A stretch of 64,000 bases of DNA from positions 39,174 to 103,173 of the forward strand of contig PJQG01000008.1 of assembly GCA_002861595.1 (NCBI GenBank). The letters run 5' to 3'. This document shows positions 8,243-17,900 of the stretch, one piece after another. Under the pieces are notes generated by a model that did not search any database, was not told the origin of the DNA, and saw only the letters and a list, made by a program, of their open reading frames with translations. Every line of letters begins with the position of its first letter. Within the stretch, counting starts at the first letter, position 1. Both the position numbers and the translations under genes were made by a program. This DNA comes from Actinomycetota bacterium (GTDB lineage: Bacteria; Actinomycetota; Acidimicrobiia; Acidimicrobiales; GCA-2861595).

Positions 8243-9577
8243 CTACTTGCCGGCGTCGACGTTCTCGCCGAGGGCGTTGCCCATGTTGCCGTCGGTGCCG
8301 TACACGGGAACGTCGTTGGGGCCGATGCCCTTTTCGATCATCGTGGCCAGAACCTTGGACGACTCCTCGAAGCCGACGAGCAGGATGGCGTCGGCGTCGT
8401 TGCCCTTCATCTTCGTGATCTCGGCGTCGAAGGTGGTGGCGGCGGGGTCGTAGATGATGGTGTCGACGACCTTGCCTCCCGACTCCTCGAAGGCCTTCTT
8501 GAAGTCTTCCGCCAGCCCCGTGCCGTAGTCGTCGTCGAGGGCGAGGATGCCCACGTTCTCGTGGTTGTCCTCCGAGACGACCTCCGCCAGAACCCCGCCC
8601 TGGAGGATGTCCGACGGGGCGTTGCGGAAGTACAGGCCCTTGTCGTTGTAGGTCGACAGCTTCTTCGACGTGTTCGCGGGCGAGAACATGACGACGCCGG
8701 CGTTGACGATCTTGTCGATCACCGTGAGCGTCACCGAGGACGACGCCGCCCCGATGATGGCGTCGACGCCTTCGGACAGCTCCCGGTTGACGGTCTGGGT
8801 GGCGATGTCGGTCGATGTGTCGCCGGAGTCGCCCTTGGTGCTCTGCACCGGCTTGCCCAGCACGCCGCCGAGTTCGTTGATCTCCTTCACGGCGAGGTCG
8901 ACGCCGGCGAACTCCGGTGGACCGAGGAAGGCGAGGGAGCCGGTTTCGGGGAGCAACGTGCCGATCTTCAGCACGCCGTCACCCTTGCGGGTGCCCTGCG
9001 CCGGCTGCTGGGGCACGTCGGCCTCGGGCGGGGCGTTGGCGATCTTGTACTCGGTCTTGGAGTCGTCGATCCGGTTGTCGTCGCCGAACTCGAGGACTCC
9101 GTAGCTGCCGATCGTCGGCTCCCCGTTGCCCGAGAAGTCAGCGGGCCCCGCCACGCCGTCGTAGTCGATGTCCTTGCCGGCGGCGACCAGGTCCTTGCAG
9201 GCCTTGAACGAGGTGCACTTCTCACCCTTGCGGGTGACGCCGTTGATCTGGTTGGCCATGGCGATCCCGTCGGTCTTCGCCAGCTCGGTCGCCAGGGCGA
9301 TGATCATCACAGCGTCGTAGGACTCGGCGCCGTAGTTGAAGTCCTTCAAGCCCGGGTCGACTCCGAGGAGGCGCTTCTTGAACGCCTCGTCGAGCTTGGT
9401 GAGCGGCGTGGTGCCCTTCATCCCCACCAGCTCGCCCTTCTTGCCACCCTCTTGGCCGCCGGCTGCGGTCGTGTCGGTGGAGGTGGTAGCGTCGTCGTCG
9501 CCACAGGCGCCGGCCAACAGCACCATCACCGCCAGCGCGGCGACCATCCGACAGAGGGGGCTGTTCGTGCGAGGCAT
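8243..9577 (-). CDS. ABC transporter substrate-binding lipoprotein (Leu/Ile/Val-binding family)
   Basis: 444 aa with lipobox-like LLAGACGDD and type I periplasmic-binding-fold motifs (KIGTLLPETGSLAFLG, IIGAASSSV). It is convergent with livF and ends in TAG. Confidence 0.85.
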   Translation of the reverse strand: MPRTNSPLCRMVAALAVMVLLAGACGDDDATTSTDTTAAGGQEGGKKGELVGMKGTTPLTKLDEAFKKRLLGVDPGLKDFNYGAESYDAVMIIALATELAKTDGIAMANQINGVTRKGEKCTSFKACKDLVAAGKDIDYDGVAGPADFSGNGEPTIGSYGVLEFGDDNRIDDSKTEYKIANAPPEADVPQQPAQGTRKGDGVLKIGTLLPETGSLAFLGPPEFAGVDLAVKEINELGGVLGKPVQSTKGDSGDTSTDIATQTVNRELSEGVDAIIGAASSSVTLTVIDKIVNAGVVMFSPANTSKKLSTYNDKGLYFRNAPSDILQGGVLAEVVSEDNHENVGILALDDDYGTGLAEDFKKAFEESGGKVVDTIIYDPAATTFDAEITKMKGNDADAILLVGFEESSKVLATMIEKGIGPNDVPVYGTDGNMGNALGENVDAGK

Positions 9578-9652
9578 GGCTCTCCGTTCACGCCGAAGCT
9601 GGACTGGTCGGTCGACCCGGTACCCGGATCACCGAAATTTGTACCACCTCCT

Positions 9653-9998
9653 GACCCTCACGAGGCGGCGGTGACGCTCCTGGTCGGGATCCCGGGCGTG
9701 AGCTATCGCAGGTCCCGCTGCTCGCGGGTGGGGCGGGGCGGGATGAAGCTGGGGCGGACCAGGCCGTGCTCGAGCAGCTGCGCGCCCCAGCAGGCATCAG
9801 CCACGTCGGTCTTGCGGCCGGGGACGTTGCGCATGTGGCGGGCGTTGATCACCCACACCTCCTCCATGGCGTCTTCGAGAACCCAGTGGACGGGCTTCCA
9901 ATAGACGCCAGTGGCCTCCATGCCCACCAGGGTGACCCCACGCTCCACCAGCCACTCCGACAACAACAACAGCTGGGACGTTGTAGTGCGGAACTCCC
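9653..9998. mobile_element. scrambled IS110-family remnant, copy 2
   Basis: 9653-9712 on the plus strand encodes DPHEAAVTLLVGIPGVSYR. It abuts 9713-9998 on the minus strand, which encodes EFRTTTSQLLLLSEWLVERGVTLVGMEATGVYWKPVHWVLEDAMEEVWVINARH...REQRDL. Both segments match copies 1 and 3. Confidence 0.8.
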
Positions 9999-10365
9999 AC
10001 GGACTCGAGGACCGTCCCCGAGGTGGCCCGCCGCAGTGGCCTCCTCGACGAGGTCCCAGAGCCCGTGGACACCCCGCCACTGATCGGGGTTGGCCTGCGC
10101 GTATTGGGCGAACTCCCCCTTGTCGAAGCCCATCATGCGGAACATGAGAGTCATCGGCTGCACCAGCCCGTCTGCCTCGCGGCCCACCTCGTAGGGGGCA
10201 GCGGCGGCGACGTCGCCGTCGCCGCCGCCGGTGCAGTCCACGATCACCTCGCCCCGCACGACCAACGGACCGCCCTTCGTCTCGAACACGACGCCCGGCC
10301 GCCGGTCGGCGTCGACCACCCCGCTGGCGAAAGCGTGGAACAGGTAGCCACAATCGTAACGCCGG
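9999..10365 (-). pseudogene. FAD-dependent oxidoreductase fragment
   Basis: The internal piece VVFETKGGPLVVRGEVIVDCTGGGDGDVAAAAPYEVGREADGLVQPMTLMFRMMGFD resembles the FAD_oxidored family. It has no N-terminal GxGxxG region or C-terminus, and it abuts the IS remnant. Confidence 0.5.
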
Positions 10366-10743
10366 CCAGCTCAATTCGGGCGCGCCCAGCCTGCTTTGTC
10401 GCCCGATCTCACCGCGGTCGATCGCCGTCTGTGTTGGCAGCCGCTCGAGCACCTCTTGGGCGTTGCACGCGGCCGAAGATGGGACAAAAGGTGCGTTCTA
10501 ATCGTCCAGATCACCGGAAGTCGCAATTTTGCGAGTTGATGGGTATCGACCGTGGAATCGAAAGGACTTTCGTCCTGATGCGGCTTGTGACGAATTTCCG
10601 GGGTGGGGAGAAGGACAACGGATCCCCGCCAGCCTCCGATCGCAGCTGGGCCGAAGTCTGGACGCCGAGCGAGGTGAAGAACACTCCCCTCCCGCCCCGA
10701 CAAGACGGGCGGGCCTGTCGTCGCCGCCGTACGCTCACGGACC

Positions 10744-11397
10744 GTGGAGCTCTCACCCGTCCAGGTGCGCGTCCTCGGGTGCCTCATCGAGAAGGAGCGC
10801 ACCACGCCGGACAGCTACCCGCTCACCATGAACGCGCTCCTCGCCGCCTGCAACCAGACCACCAATCGTCACCCCATCGTGGCCCTCACCGAGGCCACCG
10901 TGGCCAGCGCCGTGGAGAACCTCCGGGCCGCCGATCTGGTGCGGGTGGACTACAGCAGGTCGAACCGAGCCGAGAAGTACCGCCAGGTGCTCGACCGCGC
11001 GTCAAGGCTCGACGGTGCAGAGATCTCCGTGCTCGGCGTGCTCATGCTGCGAGGCCCCCAGACAGCAGCCGAGCTGCGGACGCGTACCGAAAGGCTCCAC
11101 GCCTTTGCGGACCCAAGCGGGGTCGACGCCGTCCTCGCTCGGCTGGCGGAGCGCCCGGAGCCGCTCGTGGTTCGCCTGGGCCGAGGGGTCGGGCAGAAGG
11201 AGCCCAGGTGGGCGCACCTGCTGGCCGGCCCCCCTGAGTTCGACGAGGGGCCGCCCTCGTCAGAGCCGACGCGAAGCCCGAGGGCCGAGCGGCTCGAGGC
11301 ACTGGAGGCGAGCGTGGCGGGCCTCACCCGGGAGCTCGAGCAACTGCGGGCCGAGCACGCGGCGCTCGCCGCCTTGGTGCGCGACCTGGTCGGCTGA
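10744..11397 (+). CDS. DUF480 (YceH-like) protein
   Basis: ELSPVQVRVLGCLIEKERTTPDSYPLTMNALLAACNQTTNR and a second repeat LSVLGVLMLRGPQTAAELRTRT match the UPF0502/YceH architecture as I recall it. Confidence 0.75.
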   Translation: MELSPVQVRVLGCLIEKERTTPDSYPLTMNALLAACNQTTNRHPIVALTEATVASAVENLRAADLVRVDYSRSNRAEKYRQVLDRASRLDGAEISVLGVLMLRGPQTAAELRTRTERLHAFADPSGVDAVLARLAERPEPLVVRLGRGVGQKEPRWAHLLAGPPEFDEGPPSSEPTRSPRAERLEALEASVAGLTRELEQLRAEHAALAALVRDLVG

Positions 11398-11554
11398 CGC
11401 TCCTGCCAGGGGCGGTGCCGCATCCCGCCCGCCACGCGCGCGCCGCGAGCCGGAGCTGCCCGCTCGGCCGCGCCGTCGGTATCCTGCGCTCGGCTCGCCG
11501 GTCGTCGCCAGAGCGGGCCCAGGGAAGCGGTTCTGAGAGGGAAGGCAACGAGCA

Positions 11555-12922
11555 ATGGCCGAGCTGGTCGTCACCGATCCCGCCACGGGCGACACTGTGG
11601 GCCGGCTGCCCTGCACCGACGCCGACGAGGTGGTGGTCACGGCCCGCGCTGCGCACGCCGGCTGGGAGCGCACCGAGCCGGCCCGGCGGGCCTCCCTCGT
11701 CAAGGCTGGGGCGCGGCGCCTCCGAGACGCTCTCGAGGAAGTCGCCCTCCTGCAGACCCGTGAAGGGGGAAAGCCGCTCGCCGACTCGCGCGGGGGCGTC
11801 GAGGCCGGCATCGGCGCCATCGAGCAGTACGCCGAGCTCGGCCCCCTCCATGGGGGCCGCTCGCTGCAGGGCTTGTGGGGCGCCGCGGACTGGATGGTGC
11901 GGGTCAGTCGCGGCGTGGCCGCCCTGTGCCTGCCGTGGAACGACCCCGTGGCCATCGCCTGTGCCCAGATCGCCGCCAACCTCGTGGTCGGCAACACCGT
12001 GGTCTGCAAGCCGAGCGAGAAGACCCCGCTGTCGACCGCCGAGGTGGTCCGCCTGCTCGGGGAGGGGCTGCCGGCCGGCGTGCTCCAGCTTGCCGTGGGC
12101 GACGGGTCCCTCGGCGCTGCTCTCGCTGGCCACGCCGGCGTCGACGTCGTCGTCCACGTCGGCTCCGTGAGCACCGGCCGCGCCGTGGCCGCCGCCTGCG
12201 CGGCGCGGGGCGCCAAGGCCGTCCTCGAGCTCGGCGGCAAGGACGCAATGATCGTCGACGCCGGCGTCGACCCGGCGTGGGCAGCCGAGCAGGCCGCCGT
12301 CGGGTGCTTCGCCAACGCCGGGCAGATCTGCACCTCGATCGAGCGCATCTTCGTGCACCGCGACCTGGCTGATGCCTTCGTGGACGAGCTCGTGGCCCGG
12401 GCAAAGGCGCTACGGGTCGGACCGGGCACGGACCCGACCACGGAGATGGGACCGATGATCGACGCCGGCCAGCGTGGCGTCGTCCACCGCCACGTGAGCG
12501 AGGCCGTCGACGCCGGGGCCGATCTGCGCTGCGGCGGGGCACCCCTCGAGGGGCCGGGCTGCTTCTACCCGCCCACCGTTCTCACCGGTGTCGCTTCGGG
12601 CATGGCCGTCGTTGAGGAGGAGACCTTCGGCCCGGTCGCCGCCGTCCAGGTGGTCGGCTCCTTCCCCGAGGCGCTCTCGGCGGCCAACGCCACCCCCTAC
12701 GGCCTGGCCGCCGTCGTGCTCACGGCCGACATGGCGCACGCCCAACAGGCCGCTCGCGAGCTGGCCGTCGGCACCGTGAAGGTCAACGCCGCCTTCGGTG
12801 GCGCGCCCGGCGGCGCCGCCTCACCGCACGGCGCCTCCGGTGAGGGCTTCGGCTACGGCCGCGAGCTGCTCGACGAGCTGACGCGGGTGCGCGTCGTCCA
12901 CCTGGAACCGCCGCCGGCGTAA
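11555..12922 (+). CDS. NAD(P)-dependent aldehyde dehydrogenase family protein
   Basis: 455 aa with ELGGKDAMIV and FANAGQICTSIERIFVH, the catalytic Glu and Cys motifs. Confidence 0.9.
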   Translation: MAELVVTDPATGDTVGRLPCTDADEVVVTARAAHAGWERTEPARRASLVKAGARRLRDALEEVALLQTREGGKPLADSRGGVEAGIGAIEQYAELGPLHGGRSLQGLWGAADWMVRVSRGVAALCLPWNDPVAIACAQIAANLVVGNTVVCKPSEKTPLSTAEVVRLLGEGLPAGVLQLAVGDGSLGAALAGHAGVDVVVHVGSVSTGRAVAAACAARGAKAVLELGGKDAMIVDAGVDPAWAAEQAAVGCFANAGQICTSIERIFVHRDLADAFVDELVARAKALRVGPGTDPTTEMGPMIDAGQRGVVHRHVSEAVDAGADLRCGGAPLEGPGCFYPPTVLTGVASGMAVVEEETFGPVAAVQVVGSFPEALSAANATPYGLAAVVLTADMAHAQQAARELAVGTVKVNAAFGGAPGGAASPHGASGEGFGYGRELLDELTRVRVVHLEPPPA

Positions 12923-12959
12923 CGCCATCACCCTTTGCGTCGAAGGCACGGAGCTTCAC

Positions 12960-13634
12960 TTGGAACCTGAGGACTGGAACCGGCGTTACGACGGTCCCGA
13001 TCTGGTGTGGACGGCCGAGCCCAACCGCATCCTCGTGTCCGAAGTCGAGCCCATGGCGCCGGCTCACGCCCTCGACCTTGGCTGTGGCGAGGGGCGCAAC
13101 GCGGTCTGGCTGGCCAAGCAGGGATGGTCGGTCACGGGCGTCGACTTCTCCGACGTCGGCCTGGCCAAGGCCCGCCGGCTGGCCGAGGCCGAGGGCGTCT
13201 CGGCGGAGTGGGTGTCGGCCGACCTGCGCGACTACCAGCCGGAGGAGAGCGCCTTCGACCTTGTCGTGGTGCTGTACCTCCATCTGCCCCCAGGAGAACG
13301 ACGGGCCGTGCACACAACGGCCGCCACCGCCGTGCGGCCCCGGGGCACGCTGCTGGTCGTCGGCCACGACCTGACAAACCTCAGCGAGGGGTACGGCGGG
13401 CCGCAGGACCCCTCGATCCTGTTCACTCCCGACGACCTTGCCGGCGACGTGCCGGGGCTGACGATCGTGAAGGCCGAGCGCGTGAGGCGACAGGTGTCGA
13501 CCGACGCAGGGGAGCGCACGGCCATCGACGCCGTCCTCCGGGCCGAGAGGCGGCCGAGCGCCCCATCCGTCCAGCCGGCTGAAGCAGCCAGGCCGGCGCC
13601 TCGCAGAGGACGTCCCACGACCGTTAGGGTGTAG
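12960..13634 (+). CDS. class I SAM-dependent methyltransferase
   Basis: SAM-binding motif I LDLGCGEGRNAVWLAKQGWSVTGVDFS. The start is TTG and the stop is TAG. Confidence 0.8.
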   Translation: MEPEDWNRRYDGPDLVWTAEPNRILVSEVEPMAPAHALDLGCGEGRNAVWLAKQGWSVTGVDFSDVGLAKARRLAEAEGVSAEWVSADLRDYQPEESAFDLVVVLYLHLPPGERRAVHTTAATAVRPRGTLLVVGHDLTNLSEGYGGPQDPSILFTPDDLAGDVPGLTIVKAERVRRQVSTDAGERTAIDAVLRAERRPSAPSVQPAEAARPAPRRGRPTTVRV

Positions 13635-13702
13635 TCGCCCCAGGGCAGTCCCAGCCACTCGCGTGGCGCCAAGCAGAGCGTGTCGGGGTGCGTTTCCATG
13701 TT

Positions 13703-13780
13703 GGTCCTGTGGTGCAGTTTGGAGTGCACGCCGGCCTGTCAAGCCGGAGGTCGCGGGTTCAAATCCCGTCAGGACCGCCA
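13703..13780 (+). tRNA. tRNA-Asp (anticodon GUC), CCA encoded
   Basis: GGTCCTG acceptor, anticodon loop CTGTCAA, T-arm GCGGG-TTCAAAT-CCCGT, 3' CAGGACC-G-CCA. Confidence 0.9.
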
Positions 13781-13781
13781 C

Positions 13782-13854
13782 GGTCGGGTAGCTCAGTTGG
13801 TAGAGCGCGCGCCTGAAAAGCGCGAGGTCACCGGATCGACGCCGGTCCCGACCA
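13782..13854 (+). tRNA. tRNA-Phe (anticodon GAA) with atypical T-loop
   Basis: GGTCGGG acceptor, D-arm GCTC-AGTTGGTA-GAGC, anticodon loop CTGAAAA. The T-arm ACCGG-ATCGACG-CCGGT has A at position 54 instead of T. It starts 1 nt after tRNA-Asp. Confidence 0.8.
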
Positions 13855-14039
13855 CTGCAAAAGTTCCGGTCAGTAGGGTGTAGCGGCAGACCGACGGCGA
13901 GCGGTACTGCCGGCGTGGCCATTCGTGCCCCATCCGCAGGTGTCATCACGGTGACCGCTGGTCGATGAGGGACGCTGGCGGTGTGTGCGGGATGAGTTGT
14001 CCGCGTGCCGTTCAGACAGGCGAGACGCGAACGTTGGGT

Positions 14040-14412
14040 GGTCGCGGCCAGCGAGCGACGGTCGGCGGGGTCGGCGGTGAGCACGACGCCGGCGCCGCAG
14101 CGCACCGCCGTCGCCACAACGAGGGCGTCCACAACGTGGCAGGAGTCCAGGCCGTCGCGGGTCAGCAACCGTGCCGCGACGCGGGCCATCCCCGCCCGGT
14201 CGTCACCGCCCCGATCCGGGCGTCAGCGGTCGCCCGGTCGACGTCGGCGTCGTGCCGCCCGTCGCGATACACCTCGACGAGTACGGCGCTCGGCACGAGG
14301 ACGTCGTGGCCGCGGCGCTCGGCGGAGCGGAGGAGCGCCCGGACCGTCTCGGCACGGTGGGACCCGGATCGGGCGCGGGCCAGGCGCCACAGCGGCTCGC
14401 TGTCCCCCGGCC
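14040..14412 (-). pseudogene. PIN-domain (VapC-like) toxin, frameshifted
   Basis: One frame gives GDSEPLWRLARA...HDVLVPSAVLVEVYRDGRHDADVDRATADARIGAVTTGR, and another continues MARVAARLLTRDGLDSCHVVDALVVATAVRCGAGVVLTADPADRRSLAA. The shift is near 14190. No proper start codon was found, and the 3' frame runs open into the tRNA genes. Confidence 0.55.
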
Positions 14413-14454
14413 CCCCTCCACCTACCGCCTGGGCAAGCCCAACCCGTCATGCAG

Positions 14455-14790
14455 ATGCCGCGCTCGGGGGGTGGTGGCCCGGGTGCTGTACCAGGCCGGC
14501 GAGGTGGCCGCCCCCGAGGCCGAGGCGTTCCGCGCCGAGATGGAGGGCTACCACCGAGCCGGCGTGCAGGCCCGGGTGGTGGAGGAGCTGCCCATGAAGC
14601 TGGTGGTGGTGAATGCCAAGGTGGCGATGATGACCATGACTCATCCCTTGCGCGACGACGCCGCCCCTTGCGCGACGACGCCGCCTTCCCCGCCACCTTG
14701 CTCATCGAGCACCCCGGCCACGCCCGCTTCGCGGCGGCCGCCTTCGAGCAGTACTGGGCCGAGGGCCAGCCCTACGCTCGCCTCACGAGC
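14455..14790 (+). pseudogene. TrmB-like regulator C-terminal fragment broken by tandem duplication
   Basis: VARVLYQAGEV...GVQARVVEELPMKLVVVNAKVAMMTMTHPLRDDAA continues in another frame as FPATLLIEHPGHARFAAAAFEQYWAEGQPY. The frame change coincides with the 20-bp duplication, and there is no N-terminal HTH. Confidence 0.45.
14645..14684 (+). repeat. perfect 20-bp tandem duplication (cccttgcgcgacgacgccgc x2)
   Basis: 14645-14664 is identical to 14665-14684. Because 20 is not a multiple of 3, the duplication shifts the reading frame of the surrounding gene fragment. Confidence 0.95.
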
Positions 14791-14969
14791 ATCGCCGGCG
14801 TCGACGGCGGCACCGAAGTTCGCCGGGCGCAGGCGGATCGCGGGAGCGCCGGGATCACCGCTGAACGAAAACAGCAGCATGGTCCACGCGAGCGGGCAGG
14901 CCGTCTCGCCAGCGACTCGGGCCGAACGGACCCCACGCAGCACCTATCGGCTGCCCTCCTCGAAGCCGC

Positions 14970-17900
14970 TCAGTCGCCGGTGCTGACCTGCGTCACGGGA
15001 TCCGACGTCGCCGAGAGGTAGTTGGCGTCGCCTTCATAGGTGGCGGTGATGATGTGTTCGCCGGCATCGAGCGACACGGTGAGCGCGGCGCTCCCCGCGG
15101 CATCTAGGGCGATCGATCCCAAGATGGCGTCGCCGTCGTGGAAGGTGACCGTGCCGCTCGGCACAGCCATCCCTTCTCCGGGCGCGGTCACGGTGGCCGT
15201 GAGGGTCACCGGCTCGGCGGCGGGCGAGGGATTGGCCGAGGACGCCAGCGTCACCCCGGCCGCGGCCTTGCCCACGGACCGGCTCACCGCCTCGGACGTA
15301 CTGGCGGTGACGTTGTCATCGCCGCTGTAGCTGGCGGTCACCGCGTGCTCGCCGACGGTCAGGGCTGACGTGGTGAAGGTGGCCGTGTTGTCCGAACCGA
15401 TGTCGGCGGTGCCCAAGGGGGTGCTGCCGTCGGTGAACGTCACGGTCCCCGTCGCCGCTCCGCCGTTGGCCGTGGTCACCACGGCGGAGAAGCTGACCGG
15501 CTCTCCCAGCACCGGGTTCTCCGGCGAGGTCGTCACCGAGACGGTAGAGGTGTCCTTGTCGACCATCTGCGTGAAGGACGCCGAGGTGCTCGGAGCGTGC
15601 ACGGGATTGCCGCCATACTCGGCGATCAGGGTGTGGGCACCGGCGTGCAGCGTCGAGGTGGTGAACCTGGCCACCCCGTCCGCGTCGAGTCTTGCCGTGC
15701 CGATCAGGGCCGAGCCCTCGGCGAAGGTCACCGTCCCGGTGGGGTCGGCCGCGGTGCTCGTGATCGTGGCGACGAAGGTGACCGGCTGTCCATAGATCGA
15801 CCGGCCTCGCGAGGAGGACAACGACGTGCTGGTGGCGGCCATGTCGACACGCGTCAGCACGACGTCGTTGCCGTTGCCGCCCCCCATGTACGTGATCTGG
15901 AAGCGGCGCTCGCTCACGCTGAAGATCGCCTTCTCCGGCAGCCCGGCGAACGTCCCTACGACGGGGTCGTCGCCGTCGTTGTTGATGATGATGAAGCTGT
16001 CGCCCAGGGCGGGATCGAACCCGAGCGAGACATCGAGCGTGGCTCCGCCCAAGTTGACCTTGCCCACGACGTCGAGCTGGTCATAGCCGGTGCCGGGCTT
16101 GGTGCCGTTGAGGTCCAGCGAGAAGCGGGAACCATCGGCGAGGGTGACGTCCCCGGCCGAGAGGATGGCGGTCCCGTTGCTGGCCGGCACGGTGGTACCG
16201 GTGGGCTTCGTGGTGGGCGCGACGGGCCGGGTGGTGTTCTCGGTGACCCGGGTGGTGTTGAGCTGCGCCGGGCCGGGGGCGATCGTCGCCCCATCCAGAG
16301 CTTCGATCGGCACCGGCACGGGGGTGGAGAAGAGGGTCTCGCCCGGCTCCACCGACAACGGCCGCTGGCCCGGCGGGGCTTCGGTCGCCGATGGCCGCCC
16401 TGCATCGGGAGCGGGGGCGTCCTGGGGGGTGGGCGCGGGCGGCGGAAGGGTGACCACGCCGGCGCCGACCGCCAGGGCGGTGGCTGCCCCTGACCCGGCA
16501 ACCATGGCTCCAGCCGGGCTCAGGTTCACCAGCACGGCGATGACCGGCACGCGGGCGATCCACGCCAGAGGTCCCATCACCCACCGGAGCCGCCCGATCG
16601 ACAGGCTGAGGAAGGCCCGGACCACCTTGGGATCGAAGTGGGAACCGGCGCAGCGGGCCAGCTCGGCCCTGGCCGCGGCCGGCCGCAGGGACGACCGGTA
16701 GGAGCGGGGGGCCGTCATGACCTCGAAGGCGTCGGCGACGGCGACGACACGGGCACCGAGGGCGATGTCCTCGCCGGCCAGTCCCGCTGGGTATCCCTTG
16801 CCGTCCCAGCGCTCGTGGTGCTGCTCGACGGCGGCCGCCCACTCGCCGAGCCACCCCCGAAGCGGCGCCACCACCCGTGCTCCCTCCGTGGGGTGGGCGT
16901 GCACCACCCGCAGCTCCTCGCTGTCCAGCGCGCCCTCCTTGTTGAGGATCGCCGGGTCCACCGCCAGCTTCCCGATGTCATGGAGAAGCCCGGCCCAGCG
17001 CAGGTGCTCACGGTCTTCGGCACTGAGCCCCAGCTCCTGGGCCAGCAGGTCGGTGTACGCCCGTACCCGCTCGGAATGGCCACGCGTGGGGCGGTCGTGA
17101 TCGCGCAGGGCTTCGAGCAGCACGAGGACCTCGGCGGCGGCCTGGGAAGGCTCCGTGGAGAGGCCCTGCTCTCGGAGCCGCTCGATGCGATCCCGCAGCG
17201 CACGAACACTGCCGGAGCGCAGGGCGATCGACAATCGGGAGGGGGCCTTGTCCGGGAAGATCATCGAAAGCTTGAGCAGGGCGGCCAGTGGCAGCAGGCG
17301 ACGGGCCAGACGGTCGACGGCGGCCGCGGTGATCATGGAGACGGACAGCACCCCCGCCCACCATCCTGTGATGCCGGCGAGCCCCGTCGGGGGGCTCAGC
17401 GCCCGGCCGGTGACGATGGCGGCGACGACCCCGGCCACCATCGGAACGAGCAGGACCGCGCCGCGCATGACGGCCGCGGTGAGCCGGCGCTCGCGCCACC
17501 GGCGTTCCCCGTTCGCGGCCGGCGCGCCGGGTGGCGTCGAGGGCGGCCGCACGCCGCGTAGCGCCCGGCGCCGCTCGAGGAGTCGCTGATCGGCGGCATC
17601 GAGGAGGGTCATCGCGTCGGCCCCCGCCTCCGCCGACGTGGCCGCGCCCCAGCTGAACGCTGGAGGTCCGGCAGCGAGGATGCGCTCCACGACGGCGTCG
17701 ACGTCGGCTTCGGGGGTCTCGGGGAGCAGGGCCAGGAACTCGTCGCCGCCCACCCGGTAGGCCGAGTCCTCGGCCCGCAGGCCCGCCTGAAGCGCGTCGG
17801 CAAGCGCACGCAGGGCCTGGTCACCGGCGGTGTGGCCCTCACGGTCGTTGACCTCCTTCAGCCCGTCGAGGTCGATCATGACCACACTGAGGCGCAGCCC

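Noticed and set aside
1620-10750. A second att copy (3' end of tRNA-Glu) that would delimit the island after the first integrase.
   Set aside because: Scanning by eye found no copy of ggttcgaatcccgttggggg. The nearest resemblance (acttgaattccgg at about 1845) is too weak. The far boundary may have been destroyed by the IS110 insertion.
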